DNA of 64,000 bases, taken from Takakia lepidozioides. Its lineage: Eukaryota; Plantae; Bryophyta. The stretch is from NCBI GenBank assembly GCA_030704615.1, contig CM060732.1, positions 77,748,001 through 77,812,000 on the forward strand. The letters run 5' to 3'. The position numbers and the translations under genes were made by a program. Of this stretch, positions 24,601 to 37,556 are shown in pieces; the first letter of the stretch is position 1; every line of letters starts with the position of its first letter. The notes below the pieces were generated by a model. It did no database searches. It had not been told where the DNA came from and saw only the letters and a program-made list of their open reading frames with translations.

Positions 24601-27600
24601 ACCACAACATCTTGATTACACAGTGAGATGCATCTCCCACTTATAGTACACTGTCTACTGATACATGCCAATTAGTCTCTGTTGGCCAAATGCTTGCATA
24701 TTTTTCTCTTAACCTGAGGACTTAATAAGAAGTACCTGAATAGTACAACAATCAAACACAACTGGGACAACAACCACGGGATTTATCTTTTAACATGATA
24801 TTGACACAAGCCCTCTTCTCTGTATCTTGGTTATGGCAAAAGAGACTGAAACATTGTACCGGGTTGTGAAGATGGGGGCATGGCTTTGCGGGAGAGAGGT
24901 AACTCTCGGGACCTACGGAGAAGAGGTGATATAGGGGAGGGTGAGGAGGGAGCCACAGCAATTGGAGAGGGAACAAGCCATCCAAAGGCCTGCAAGGAAT
25001 GTCGAGAAGACACTGACACAGGAGGAAAGTCCAAAGGGATGAAAGGGTTGGGCAACCTTGAACTTATCTCCCATACAGAAGTTGGAGCTGTTCAATTTTC
25101 TGAAGCGCGGGACAGTTTTACTGTACTGGTCCATCTGAAGGCACCAGCTGCAATCCAGAGACCTCGGAGTCCTCTCAGAGAAGAGTTAAAAGGAAGTTTT
25201 TTGTCCTTCCAGTATCGTAGTCCTCCCCGTCTCTTAGACCCTAGCTGCCGTGCCCCTCTGGATCTGATCACGGTCTTGGATGTTAGTGGAAGTATGGCTG
25301 GCACAAAATTGATCCTGCTGAAGCAAGCTATGGGATTTGTGATTCAAAACTTGAGCCCAGTTGATCGGCTCTCTGTGATTGCATTCTCATCGACGGCAAA
25401 GCGGCTTTTCCCTCTCTTGCGAATGGGGGAATCTGGACGCCAGCTGGCACTCAGTCATATTAATGCTCTGGTATCCACTGGTGGTACTAACATTGCAGAA
25501 GGTCTGAGGAAGGGAGCCAAGGTGGGTTTTTGTTCATGGATACATGTGAATTGCTTGGAGAAATTGTCATAAATCCTTGTTTTGCACTATAATTAAGTCA
25601 AGAACAAGGACGCGCCATTTGGGATTTTTTGCCAGATTGCAGTTTGCAGTTGACAATTTTGAGGGCATCGGCTGATGGGTCTCTTCTGGCAAGCAGGTGC
25701 TAGAGGACCGCCGAATGCGAAATCCAGTGGCAAGCATCATGCTTTTATCGGATGGACAAGACACTTACACAATGGGCGCAAGGAGTCATCTCTCCTTACC
25801 CCAAAACCGTACTGGAAGTGATTACCGGCGACTCCTTCCCGGATCTATCCGACAGAGCCGGCGCTCCGGCCAGATTCCAATTCCTGTGCACACATTTGGG
25901 TTTGGGGTTGATCATGATGCATCCACCATGCATTCGATCGCTGAAGTTTCTGGTGGGACCTTCTCGTTCATTCAGGTGTGTGTAGATGGATGCTTCTTCC
26001 TTAGTTATGTGTGGAGCACTGCTTTTTTCGCTTCTCTCCTGCAAATTGTTTCCCCAGAGTGCCAATGTGTTGATCGACAGAACTGATATTGGTACCTCTG
26101 ACCACTTCCTGGTTTGGACTGAGATCAAAAGGTGTTTTCCCAACACCAAGAGATCTGTGAAACGTTCGATTCCGAAGTGGCGTATAGAAAAATTCCATAA
26201 TGAAGAGGTCAAGGCTGAGTATGGCCAGGCCTTGCAAGAGGCTCTCCCTCATTTTGTGCACTCGCTCCAAGACCTTCAGTCTCGCGCTGACAATGCAAGA
26301 AATGAAGTCGAAAGAGCAGTGGATTCTTGGGAGAGTTTCGTCTCCTCTGTGGCTGACAAGATTATTGGGAGGAAACTAATTGTCTGCGGTAGAGCTGTTA
26401 ATTGGTGGACCAATGAGATTAAACTCAAGATAGCTGAGAGACGAGTCCTTTATAAAGAGTGCTGCAATTTGAAAATCAACAAAGAATTGTGGGCGAGGTA
26501 CTACCAGATCCGTAAAGATATCAATCAGCTTGTAAGGGCTCAGAAGAAAGTATACTGGGACAAGTTATACAGTGAAATAAACTCAAACCACCATGGTGGT
26601 AATGACAAGAGATTCTGGTTGGCCCTTCAACGTTTGTACAAGCCGAAAAGCTGTCAGCAAGTACAAGCGCTGAAGACTACTAAGGGTGCAGTGGTAACTT
26701 CATTGGTTGACATTGTCAAAACCTTTGAAACCCACTACAGTATCCTTGGCAGAACTTCTAGGTCTAACAGTGAGGGGTCCTCTGATGAATGGAAGGACAC
26801 AGTTGGTAAAACACAGTTGTTCCTATGATTCAAAACAGCCCTGATGAACTGGAGTATATTTCAAAGTCCTACAACGCTCCCATTAGTTCTTCTGAGATTG
26901 TGGAAGCAATTGAACATCTAAATGGATATAAAGCAGGTGGTCCTCATGGCATAGTCAACGAGCTTATCAAGCACGGTGGCGATCCCATGATAGTGGCCCT
27001 AGTTCTCCTCTTTAACCTTATCTGGAAGACTGAAATGATCCCCTTTCGCTGGCGACAGGGGGTCACTGTCAATCTATATAAGAAGGGTGACAGAGAAGAC
27101 CCGGGGAACTACCGTGGCATCACGCTTCTCAATGCTGACAAGATATTTTGCAGAGTTATAAGTACTCGTCTCGAGGTTGACCTGGAATCTAGAGGTTGTT
27201 TTCACGAAGGCCAAGCTGGCTTTCGGCGAAACAGGGGCTGTGTGGATCATATCTTCACACTAAGCCAGCTAATCCAGGCAAGGAAAAAAGAAGGGAAACC
27301 CACTTATGTTTTTTTCTTGGATGTCAAAAAGGCTTATGACACAGTGTGGAGAGATGGTCTATTGCTCCGCCTCTGGTCTTGCGGGATCAAGGGAAAGATG
27401 TGGAGAGTTGTCCATAACTTAAATGCTCACACCAAAAGCTGTGTCACTGTTAATGGACAGAAGTCTAACTTCTTTGACATAGACCAAGGTGTAGCTCAAG
27501 GATGTACCCTCTCCCCTCTGCTCTTCATGTTTTCATCATCAAGTCCTCAAGGATGTGGAACGTGAGGAATTTGGGTTAAGGGTGCGTGATGCCACCATTC

Positions 27601-30600
27601 CAGCCCTTATGTTTGCGGATGACTTCGCAGGCATAGGGAAGACTCCTTCCAACCTCCAGGAATTGCGAGTGATTGCGCGAAGAGATACTTTGATCTTTGG
27701 GGGCTAGAGGCTAATGTCAGTAAATGTGCAGTGGTGGCATTCAACGACAGAGGAGAGGGAGGAAGTGATCTTAAGTGGCAATGGGGTAGCCAAGAGATCC
27801 CAGTCCTCTCTTCCTACACATACCTGGGCGTTGAGTTTTCCTCCAACTGTAACTGGGATGCACATATCCAGAAAGTTGTTCAAACTGGCAAGGGCAAAGC
27901 GCTGAGTCTCACTAAATTTTTCCACTGCAGAGGGATTAACTCTGAGGTCAAGAAAACTTTGCTTTGCCGTGTTATTAGACCTGCCTTGGAGTACGGATCT
28001 GCTATATGGGTTGATAACTCCAACCAGGCTAAGTCTCTAGAATCCATTCAAGTGGGGGTGCTTAAGGAGTGCATGTCAGCATGCTCCAAAACAGCCAATG
28101 TGGCTGTTCGGGGTGAGTTTGGCATTCCGTCCTTAAGCTCCCGACGAGATGAATTCCAGGTCAGGTGGTGGGGTCAGCTGCAACATATGTTCAACACCAG
28201 GTTTCCTAAGTTAATCAACTCTATATCTTGGAAACAGGACCGCCCTGTCAAACACGCTAAGTCCTGGCAGAAGAGATTCTCAAGGACCTGGATCTGGATC
28301 CGCAAGTCTTGAACCTGCTGTATAAATCTGACTTAGAGGCTGTAGCCATGTCTGTTGCCATGAAACTGTCTGATGAAAATGAAGTTAGGCAGAAAACTTC
28401 CCTGAACTTGTTTCCAGTCTGTGACATGGGGGGAGGACATCTTGGATGACCTCAAGGGTCTACCCACTCTCGGCACTAGACTGAAATTTAAACTCAGGGC
28501 AGGAAGCCTACCTTTGAACAGCAAACAGAAGCAGAGAGGAAAGGGAGAGTGCAATTGCCCGTTGTGTGGGCAACCTGAAGACAATATTCATTTTCTGATA
28601 CACTGTCCGGGGTTCTCTCACCAAAGAGATGCTCTCTTCAAATCTATCAAGAGAATTGTGCCTGTACCTCTGTTTACCAACCTCGAGGCTGAGCCAAAAG
28701 CCCAGGCCCTTCTGAGGCCTAGTTTTTGGGCAAATCACACACAGCAGATTGATGCTTGTGTGAAGGGATTTCGAGAGGATATCTGGAAAACCCGGATCAA
28801 TTCTATGTATCAAGGTAAGTCTTACTACCAACGTCAGCCCCTGACAGAGGTAGGTTCTGTCCCTTTGGTTTCCGCTCAAACTGGGCGCGGGGTCAATGGC
28901 CACAAGGCTACAGCAAACAATGTCTTATGAGTACATTCTCTTGCAAATTGGCACCACAAAGCTCTTTAGCTGAATTAAGGAATCTTTTATTGCATTTCTG
29001 TTTTCAAAATTTTCTTGAGGTATCAGCTCCTTGTGGATCTCCAAGCATGCCAGTAACTTAAATTATCAACCAAGACTGTGCCAGCATGGAGCATACTCAG
29101 TGGTTGAGGGCTTGATCTTGGTCCCATGGCCTTTAGACACCCACATCTTGGCACCTAGTATAAGAGTATTTTAAGTTGGCTCTTTGGACCAAGAATGAGA
29201 CAAATTGACGTGTTTGATTGGTTTGTTGAGCACCACTGACAAGCTATTTAAATGCTGAAGAGCAGACATTATTAGAGCACCTTTTGTAAACACAATCTTC
29301 ATTCCCCTGGAGAGAGAGGGATGCAGGATGTACACTTGAGGATGCATTGGTTCTCAGGCAAAATCGTATCCTTTGGATTTGACAGGCTGAAGGCATACAA
29401 GATGCATTTGCCCAATGCATTGGGGGTCTACTCAGCGTGGTCATCCAGGATGCACAGTTACTTCTCAACAGCGGGAGCGTTGGGGTTGTAATGAAAAGCA
29501 TCCGAGCAGGGAGCTATGAAAGCAGCATCCGGGAGAGTGCAAGCCAAGGCATTGTAAAACTTGGTGATATGTATGCGGAAGAGGAAAGAGACATCCTTCT
29601 GGAGTTAAAGCTTCCAGCCCTTGAGAAGGTGCCAATAGGTGACCCGCCTCTGAGTACCCTTTTGCGGGTTGGCTGCTCCTACAAAGACCCATTGAACCAG
29701 GAAGTAAAGCAGACACCTGTACAACAGGTAACTATTGGGCTCCCTGACCCTATTTTCATCCAAGTAGATATAATGAACTGATTACAACTGCAATGCAAGG
29801 TTTCATCCACCAGGGTACTGATTGGTTCTCAAAATTGCCGTGGAGCTTGGACAACCATGTATAGTGTTTATTGAGATGCCGACTTACATCACACTAGGAG
29901 TGAGAGAGATGACAATGTCATTGACACTGTCTTACTGTCCCATACCTCTTTTCTGCTGTTTTTATAGTGTCCCTTGAGTCTTTGGGCCTTGCAGGGACAT
30001 AAGAGTTTTTCTTCATTGTTTCTCTCCCATCGGATACCTGTAGGCTAGGAGTTCGCCAACTTGCATCACTTCTGTTGTGGAGACAAAAAATCATTGTTTT
30101 GTTCTTGTAGCCTTCCTACTGTGAGATCCCAAGCAGATAGTGGTAGCTTTTAGAGAGCCTTTGTCCATGGAAGACACCGTCAGGTACCTATGAGGACCCA
30201 CAGCACTTAGCAGCGTAGTTTGTCCATGTGCCCTCTGGACCCCTATGAACGTAATAAACGTCTTTCTCTTCCCCTTATCTCATGCCCTTGCCATCACAAT
30301 GAGGGCAAGACACTGGTGTTTTCTAGATTCTCGTCCTTGGCAGAGGGCATCAACTACAAGGACCGAAAGTGCTTAGCAGCTGACATTCATGAGCCACTCC
30401 CTCTCCCAGCAACAGTTGGGTCACTATTTAATAAGCTAGGTTGATTTCCTCTTTGGTCTGGGCCTCCTGTGGACGTAATAGATTTCTTTCTTCTTCCCTA
30501 AATTTCTTTCCAGTCTTATGTTCTGGCTCTTTGTATTGGTGTTAGGTGTGTATTGTGCGGCCTGAAGTAGTGGAGAGAGAGCAAGAAACAGTAAGCATCC

Positions 30601-31462
30601 AAGTAGACCGGCAAAAAAATCGGCTGCGAACAGCACAAATCATTGTGGAGGTGGGAACACTGGCCGATATGGGAGACATAGCGGGTGCACAGACTGTCTT
30701 GCAAAATGCAAAGTCAGCCCTCCAAAGCTCGGTTGCATCCCAGGTACTGCAATTAGGACATTGTTTTGGAACTTCAAATCTGTTCCGACGAACTCGTTCT
30801 CTTAGTTCTTTTTTCAAGTCCTCGTTATTGTCAAGTCCTCGTCTTCGTGTGAATTAGTAGTATAGTATTCGGTATGTGAGAAGGTGATGGAGGTAAGAGA
30901 GTGTAGGTAGTAGCACTTGCTATAACTTAGTAGTTGCAAAAGGCATGTGGAGCAAAGTAGATGGTTTGACCCTTATATGGAGAGGCATTGTGGAGTAGCT
31001 GTCTACTAATTGTATCAAGAGAATTGGAGTGTTTTTCAGGCCAGGGACCAGCTCACAAATGCTCTGGAGGTGGAGCTCACAGATATCCAAGTTCGGATGG
31101 CAAGCCGGAAAATGTATGAGAGATCAGGTCGGGCATATATCCTTTCTGCCCAGAGCTCTCACTTTCGGCAGCGGGCCACAACACGGGGAAGCTCTGTTGA
31201 TAGTCGTAGCCGGGACTATCAAACACCTTTGATGATGGACATGCTATTAAGGTCCCAAACACTGTCTCCTAGACATTCAGCCTCAGCCTCCTCAACCCCA
31301 CCAAACCTGACTCCCACCCGGGAAACCAGGCATGGTTCTGGCCCTTTTGGTTTCTCAACCTCCCCCTCCCGCATGCTGCTGCGCAGGTCATCTGGTCGGG
31401 TCCGGGACTCCTCTCCTTTAGCATCTCCCCGCACCTCTACAGATATGTCGAGATTGTCTTGA
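21649..31462 (+). CDS. RING-H2 zinc finger / vWA / Vwaint E3 ubiquitin ligase (WAV3/EDA40-related RING-vWA family), 8 coding exons
   Basis: Predicted exons 21649-21906, 22782-23069, 23333-23459, 24872-25521, 25697-25975, 29386-29727, 30546-30743 and 31040-31462, with GT-AG sites and consistent phases (exon 3 and 4 acceptors tentative). N-terminus MGTGWRRA; RING CAICLE..ECSHSFHFSCI..CPVCR; MIDAS LDVSGSM and LLSDG; C-terminal SSHFRQRATTRG..YQTPLM. Confidence 0.92.
21975..22550 (+). mobile_element. Three head-to-tail 3'-terminal LINE fragments in intron 1
   Basis: ~21975-22219 (divergent relative), ~22228-22312 and ~22313-22550; each ends ATGAGT(A/G)CATT plus TC repeats like the LINE end at 28930-28940. 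Confidence 0.85.
23704..24570 (+). mobile_element. Two 5'-truncated LINE fragments in intron 3
   Basis: 23704-23994 flanked by 15-bp TSD TTCTCTCTCCGAACA (23689-23703 / 23995-24009); 24010-24570 matches LINE ~28376-28940 including the CCHC finger and ends in (TC)n. Confidence 0.9.
26049..28940 (+). mobile_element. 5'-truncated non-LTR retrotransposon (APE end, RT, CCHC finger; RTEX/RTE-group-like or Tx1-like) in intron 5
   Basis: GTSDHFLVW, NYRGITLL, QAGFR, FLDVKKAYDTV, GVAQGCTLSPLLF, LMFADD, YTYLGV, CPLCGQPEDNIHFLIHC; several frameshifts; TSD TCTC(C/T)TGCAAATTG (26035-26048 / 28937-28950); empty site seen in the paralog near 47350-47367. Confidence 0.95.
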
Positions 31463-34439
31463 GCGGCATGATATGCACCTGGTAGATGCTTAGTGGGCTC
31501 ACCTTTCCTACAAGTCTTCCCTTTTTTCCTTTTGAGGTTTCCTTGCCCTTGTTCTCTTCACACTCAATTTGAGCTTTTCAAGGTCAGGTTTGCATAGTGT
31601 GATTTGGGAAGTGATATGCTTCCATGCCCATCTAGGAGAGGGAGAGGCCAAGGCCAGAGAAAGACATGCCTCGTGTCTTCCGTCAAGGCCAACAATCTTT
31701 ATCCCTACTTTCAAGATGGAAGAGGAAATGGAGGTTTGGAGAGAGAGAGGGGAAATACTAATGTAACACTTAGCAACCTATTGAACTGCAACCTTGCGTT
31801 GCGACCCCTGTCCCCCTCCTGTTTCATATCTTTGTCCTTCTCAGCAGCAGGGATTGGTCTCTTGTATGTAGATAGGCTGAAACTGGAGCAGATAGGCGGA
31901 ACGATTCTTTTCTCAGTGGAATAAGGCAGCCTCTCTGACTGTGGCCACCGGCATCTGTAGTCCTCGAAGTGCCAACATTGGACATGGAAGCTGTGTTATG
32001 GACTCTTGGAGAGGGTGTTTCTGGATCTGTATAGACTCCGCTCTAATCATTCGTTGGGAATGCTGTGTATCAGAGCCCTTAGGATGCTAAAGCTAGTGTT
32101 TCATGTAATAAATGTACATAAGATAGTCAAGTGACTTAGGAAAGGCACTATATGTTGCTGCCTGTTCAACGGAGATGCAGTTGAGCTATGCCAGCTACTA
32201 GCTTCTCGAAGTTAATTGTGAAGCTGAATGGAGGCTTCACTAGATGCACAGGCCGCAACATAGTAGTGCCAAGTCTGTCTGGAAAGGCATTCTATGTGCA
32301 ATTTCACATTTGTTGGTTACAAAATCTTAATATTGTTATGCAATGTTCATGTCACTTTTCAAATGATGTATACCCATCCCAGAAAGCAAGCAAGCAGTGA
32401 TGTTTTTGGCCTCATCTGACATGGCAAGTAGCAGGGCCACAGATACAGCCTAGATTTAAGAATGTATCATTCTGTCAATTTGTAGTTCTGATTCATCCCT
32501 CAGCAACAGCAATTGCAAATACCAGAGAAGGTTGGAAAGACTAGGGAGCTTGAGATTGCATTTTGCTGTCTGCACAAGAGATCTTCCATAGTTAATGCTT
32601 GCTGCGTTGTGGAGCTAAATCTGAGAGTGACTGACAAGGACCAACTGGTCCAATATTTGAAGGCGGGCAAAAAACTGACAGAGATAAAAAGAGTTCCAAG
32701 TGGTAGTAAGTATACTATATACTTACTACTTTCTGTACTTCATTCACACACTGGATAGAGCATTACAAGTATAGAAAACCACGGAATTTTATTCAATCTG
32801 GCTGTTGCTACAGTGGACCGATGAGAGTTGAAGCTCCACCCCCTTCCACAAAACATCTCCCTATCAAATACAAGCTGGAATGATCACAGACTTCATATCT
32901 CCGTCAGATTTTATGGGGCAACCTCTCAAACATTCCTCACATATGCACATCATCGATCAGATTCAGTTCGAACATCCTAACACTTGGCTAAGCTATTTGT
33001 GATGTCACAAGCAAATGTGATATCACCTTACAGTAGTTTAGTAACCTCACCCTCACTCTTCTTTTTGGTGCCCTTTATTTACCGACAGTGTTTCACAGCA
33101 CATTAAAACAGACATGTGTGTCCACCTGCCACGAGCTAGGGGGCTGAAGGAACAGTGCTGGAATCCATCTCATGCTCTTAAATGACGTCAACATCAGCCC
33201 ATATAATTTACCACTCAGTTCCCTGTAAGCTAAGAGCTATGTCACTGGAAATTCTGAGCTTAGTAAACCTGGCGGGCTTTAGTATCTGGCGGGACGAGGC
33301 CCTTACATTCTGTCTTCCTGTGGAGAGCTTCATTGCAACAGGTGTGGGTTGTACAATCCAGTGTCAACTTCTGTATCTGAATTCATCCGTGCAAACAACA
33401 CTTCCGCCCCTGTTACAACATGCAGCAGGCATTTGAAATAACTCGTTGACGAACCTTTGAGTGTGAGATAACATGCAAATCTAGCCAAATAAGTGAATGT
33501 ACTAGAAAATCACATTCTGCCCCAAGAATCCCACTGGAAGATGCAGGAAGAAGTCTCTTCAGCCAAAGGTTTCTGGGCCATCTAGTTCAGAGTAACTGTG
33601 ACAAAGGGTTGGACAAGATGGAAGCTGCAGCTTAAATGACATGGTGATTGTCAAGATGATTACTCAACTTTGCTAGAAATTCACACCTTCAGCTTACCAC
33701 ACATGATTGTTAAAACCCCGTAAAAGCACTTGCAGCTACATACATGTTCCTACAATATTGCTGATCCAGTATGAAAAGATTCACAATGCAATTGCTGTCG
33801 AAGAGGCTCTCAGAAGTAGTTGCTACCCTCATGAGGTAGGATGTTCTCCGTATGACAACCCGGGCACATTAGCTTGCTAGATACTAGATCTTCAGTAACT
33901 TGGCTAATCCATAAAAACTTGCTGTTCCATTTGGAGCCAATATTGAGAACAAAAGTACATCAGAGAGACAAATCCTTGTACAAAAGGGCAGAGATCTTAG
34001 GTGATCAGTCAGCTACTAACCTGTGATAAGAGGAATTATGTAGCGCACAGCCTGCACGCCAAGCATCCCAAGCCAGATCTAGGGCGTCGACTCCGGATGC
34101 CGCTTGACATGTGACAACTGGGCACCAATACATAGCAGCATCAGAGTTAGGGCTGCCACACTCAACGACCCTTGCAGACTCGTCCAAGAAATGATCTTAT
34201 CCCACTGTTGCTTGTAAGTCATCGGGAAAGTCTCAAGATTCATCGGTTTGAAGTAGAAAGGTTCGTCCACATTCCGCCGGCTGGTGATGTCTATCGTCAT
34301 AGTTGGTCTTGTCAGCCACCTAGCAACTATTGAGGGGTACTCCAGGACAATTTCAAGGGAACAGTCAAGCGCCCCATCATCTAAGGAATCTGCATTGTCC
34401 TGGAGCAGCCTCCAATTGGCATCTACTGGTTGACAGCCC

Positions 34440-36410
34440 TTCATGTACAGCATCAGGTTTGATTGGCATTTTGTTAATGAAGTCCTCTGCCTTATCCACT
34501 CAGCCCTGCTTGGCCAAGAAGGTCCACAATGCAACCAAAGTGCTCCACTGCGGGAGTGAGTCCATGATCTTGACCCAGGGAATCAAAGTAGTGTCTGCTT
34601 TCATCCACTACGCCAACGTGGCTACAAGCGGAAAGAACGCATATAAAGGTGATACTGTTCGGCTTCAAGCCTTCCTTTTGCATTCCTTCAAACAGTTGCA
34701 AGGCCTCTCTACGACAACCATGCTGGGCATATCCTGCGACCATTGCACTCCATGACACTACATTTCGTTCAGCCATACTCTCGAACACTTCGTTTGCATC
34801 ATCGATGCTCCCACATTTGGCATACATGTCCACAAGGGCATTGTCCAGCATGATATTTGATACAATTCCAGCTTTCAAGATGTCAGAATGGACCTCTTTG
34901 CCCTTTTCCAGGACTGCAAGGCTGGCAGAGGCATTGTATGCATCCCAGCTTTCAATGGCAGCATGGACCTCGCTGCCCTTTCCCAGGGCTGCCAGGCTGG
35001 CACATGTGTTGAGAACACAAATGGAAGTGACCTGGTCGGGCTTCATCCCCTCTTGCATCATTTGCACATATGTCTCCAAAGCCTCCAACCCACACCCATG
35101 CTGGGCATGTCCTGCTATTGAGCACATAAGTAAACGTGACCATGTGGGGTATCACCCCTTCCGGTATCATTTGCTTATAGATCTCTGTAGAATAATAGAA
35201 AATTCTTTGTGGAGTAGCATTTAGAATTGGAGTGCAAATGAACAAGAATTGGATGTGTAATTGCTCTATGGGGTTCAATAATTTTATAGAATTGGGTAGG
35301 ATGCTAGAACGGAAGTAAATTCAGATAATGGGGATGATAATTGGTAGGAATGGGGTTATTAGGATAGATGTTAGCCCATTGAATCAGTGCTAGGTAGTTA
35401 TGGTATTTAGAGTAGGACACTATGAGTTCCGCTGAATCCATGTATTCATGGTCATTCGAGCGAGAGTGCCGAGGCCCTAGCACAAGAGATGCTAGTTTGT
35501 CGTTTTCAGTAGCTTAAGTAAGAGATAAGAAGAATATGAGTAGTGTGATGAGACAACGATCTGATGAAAGACTATGTAAGCTTCATGTTAATGTGATGAG
35601 ATGTTGGAGTTTAATGGGAAGAATTTTGTGTGAAAGAAAAAGATGAGGATTATTTGATGAAGTGTGCATATCAATACGAGAGGAATTTAATTGAGATGAA
35701 TATTAAGACATTTATTGTTGGGAGACAATTAGATATAGTGTTCTAATCACGACGTAGCAATTCAATTGTGTGCTTTCCCCAGCGAAGGAACCTTAGAACT
35801 AATTGATCCTCTTTTAGAATTGATTCTAATTTTATTCTACAATCTCCATAGCCTTCCCACCATACTCATGCTGAGCATACCATGATCATGGCGTTACAAG
35901 AGACCACATCTTGTTGAGTCATATTGTCAAACATTTGCGCGCTTCCTTAACTCTCCTACATTTAGCATACATGGCAGCAAGGACTGTCTCCAGAATGATA
36001 TCTGACCCACTTCCAGCTTTGATGATGTTAGCATGTACCTCTGTGCCCTTTTCAAGAGCTTGGAGGCTCCCACACGCATGAAGAATGCAGACGAATGTCA
36101 CCTTGTTTGGGGTGAGCTCTTGGTGTGCCCAATCGCCTCCTTGGTTCACAATGTGCAGCGCCTCTTCAGTCGTTCTTCCATATGGAGTGCCCTCACATCC
36201 TCACAGGCACTCGAAGGGTTCCAAGCTCTCTTGGTCTTCTTTCAACACGAGTGGTGATGGTGGAGGTGCAACACCTTCAAACAGCTCACACCTCAGAAAC
36301 ACCTTCAAACAGCTCACACAGAACTCATTTTTGGTTTTTTCGGGCAATCCGGGCAGTCTCCAAGAAAATTCACGACAAAACTGACGTGGCTATGATGATG
36401 TGGCACTATG
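34440..36410 (-). pseudogene. PLS-class pentatricopeptide repeat pseudogene
   Basis: NALVDMYAKCGSIDDANEVFESMAERNVVSWSAMVAGYAQHG, PNSITFICVLSACSHVG, PAVEHFGCIVDLLG; frameshifts, stops and a solo LTR; breaks off near the start of the E region, no DYW seen. Confidence 0.9.
35186..35841. mobile_element. Solo LTR (656 bp) inserted in the PPR pseudogene
   Basis: Inverted termini TGTAGAATAA...TTATTCTACA; 5-bp TSD ATCTC (35181-35185 / 35842-35846). Confidence 0.92.
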
Positions 36411-37556
36411 GTAGCCTATTCCTGCTCTACGCTAAACTAGCTTCCGACCGTCGCTAGAATGACAGAACGACAGCCTCACAGTGCGCTCTGCTTCATACAT
36501 TTCCTAACTTTAATTTATTTCTAATTAGGTTTCTCAGCACAACCTCTGCATTTTGCATTAGGTCTAGTGTTCAATCCCCTGTGATCTCAATCAACCTCTG
36601 GTCTGGTGCCCTGTATGGCTCAGAATGGGGAACTTCTTTTTTTTTCTTTTTTCTTAACAGGGGATAGTGGCCCTGAGAGAAATTTTCCCTCTCAAGGGCC
36701 TGCACTGAGAGCCGTAGTCGCTTCAGAATGAGTAAGTAAGAAAATAAAAATAAAAGTAAGAAATATTCTGTGACGTGTTGACTGAGTGCTGACATGGGAG
36801 GCCAGTAAAGAAACCGTGTAGTGAGAAGAAGGGACGATAAGCCTGCGAGGGATGAGGGCAACAGTCTGGAGCAGTTGACAAGAGGGGACGACTGTGGGGG
36901 CCTCCTCTCATCTCCGCCATGATCTGCAGATCCATGAATGGTAGTGTGTGTAAGACTTTGTTAGCAGGAAGAGTGTGCTCCAGCATATCCTACGCTTATC
37001 CTATGCACCAAGAATTCCTTCCAGAGATTGACGTTGGGCCTTAGTGCAGCACTGCAGCGGGGACCTATTTTGGGTTCTTGCCAGAGTGCGCGGAAGATCG
37101 ATCATCGACAGACTGGCTGGCCTACCGCGTGCTGAGGTCAAAGAGAATGGGTATGATGCACCGTGTGATGTACTGGCTGACAGAGGATAATGGGGGCCCC
37201 ACATGTTTGGCTTTCAATGCACGAGTTCATGGGCCCTCGTCTCGTCAAAGACTACTACGACTAAAAGCATGGCAAGCTTTTTTAGGAGTGCTATATAAGT
37301 GGGTCGCGGATTCAATTGTCACAAGTGTGTTGAGCTCTCTAAAGTCGAGCTCTCACAGCACACAAACTCACACTGTTCTATTATGTCAATTGATCAGACT
37401 GCTGTTGTGCTTAGGTAGATCACACAGTACCAGATTCTCCTTTGCCTCTGTTCAGGACTAGTTGGGGTCATCGACTCTTTCAAAGAAGCTCAGTAACTAT
37501 ATTGTATGCTTGTACATCGCTCTTCAGCAAGGGGGTGAGGAGTCCTGAGATCAAGA

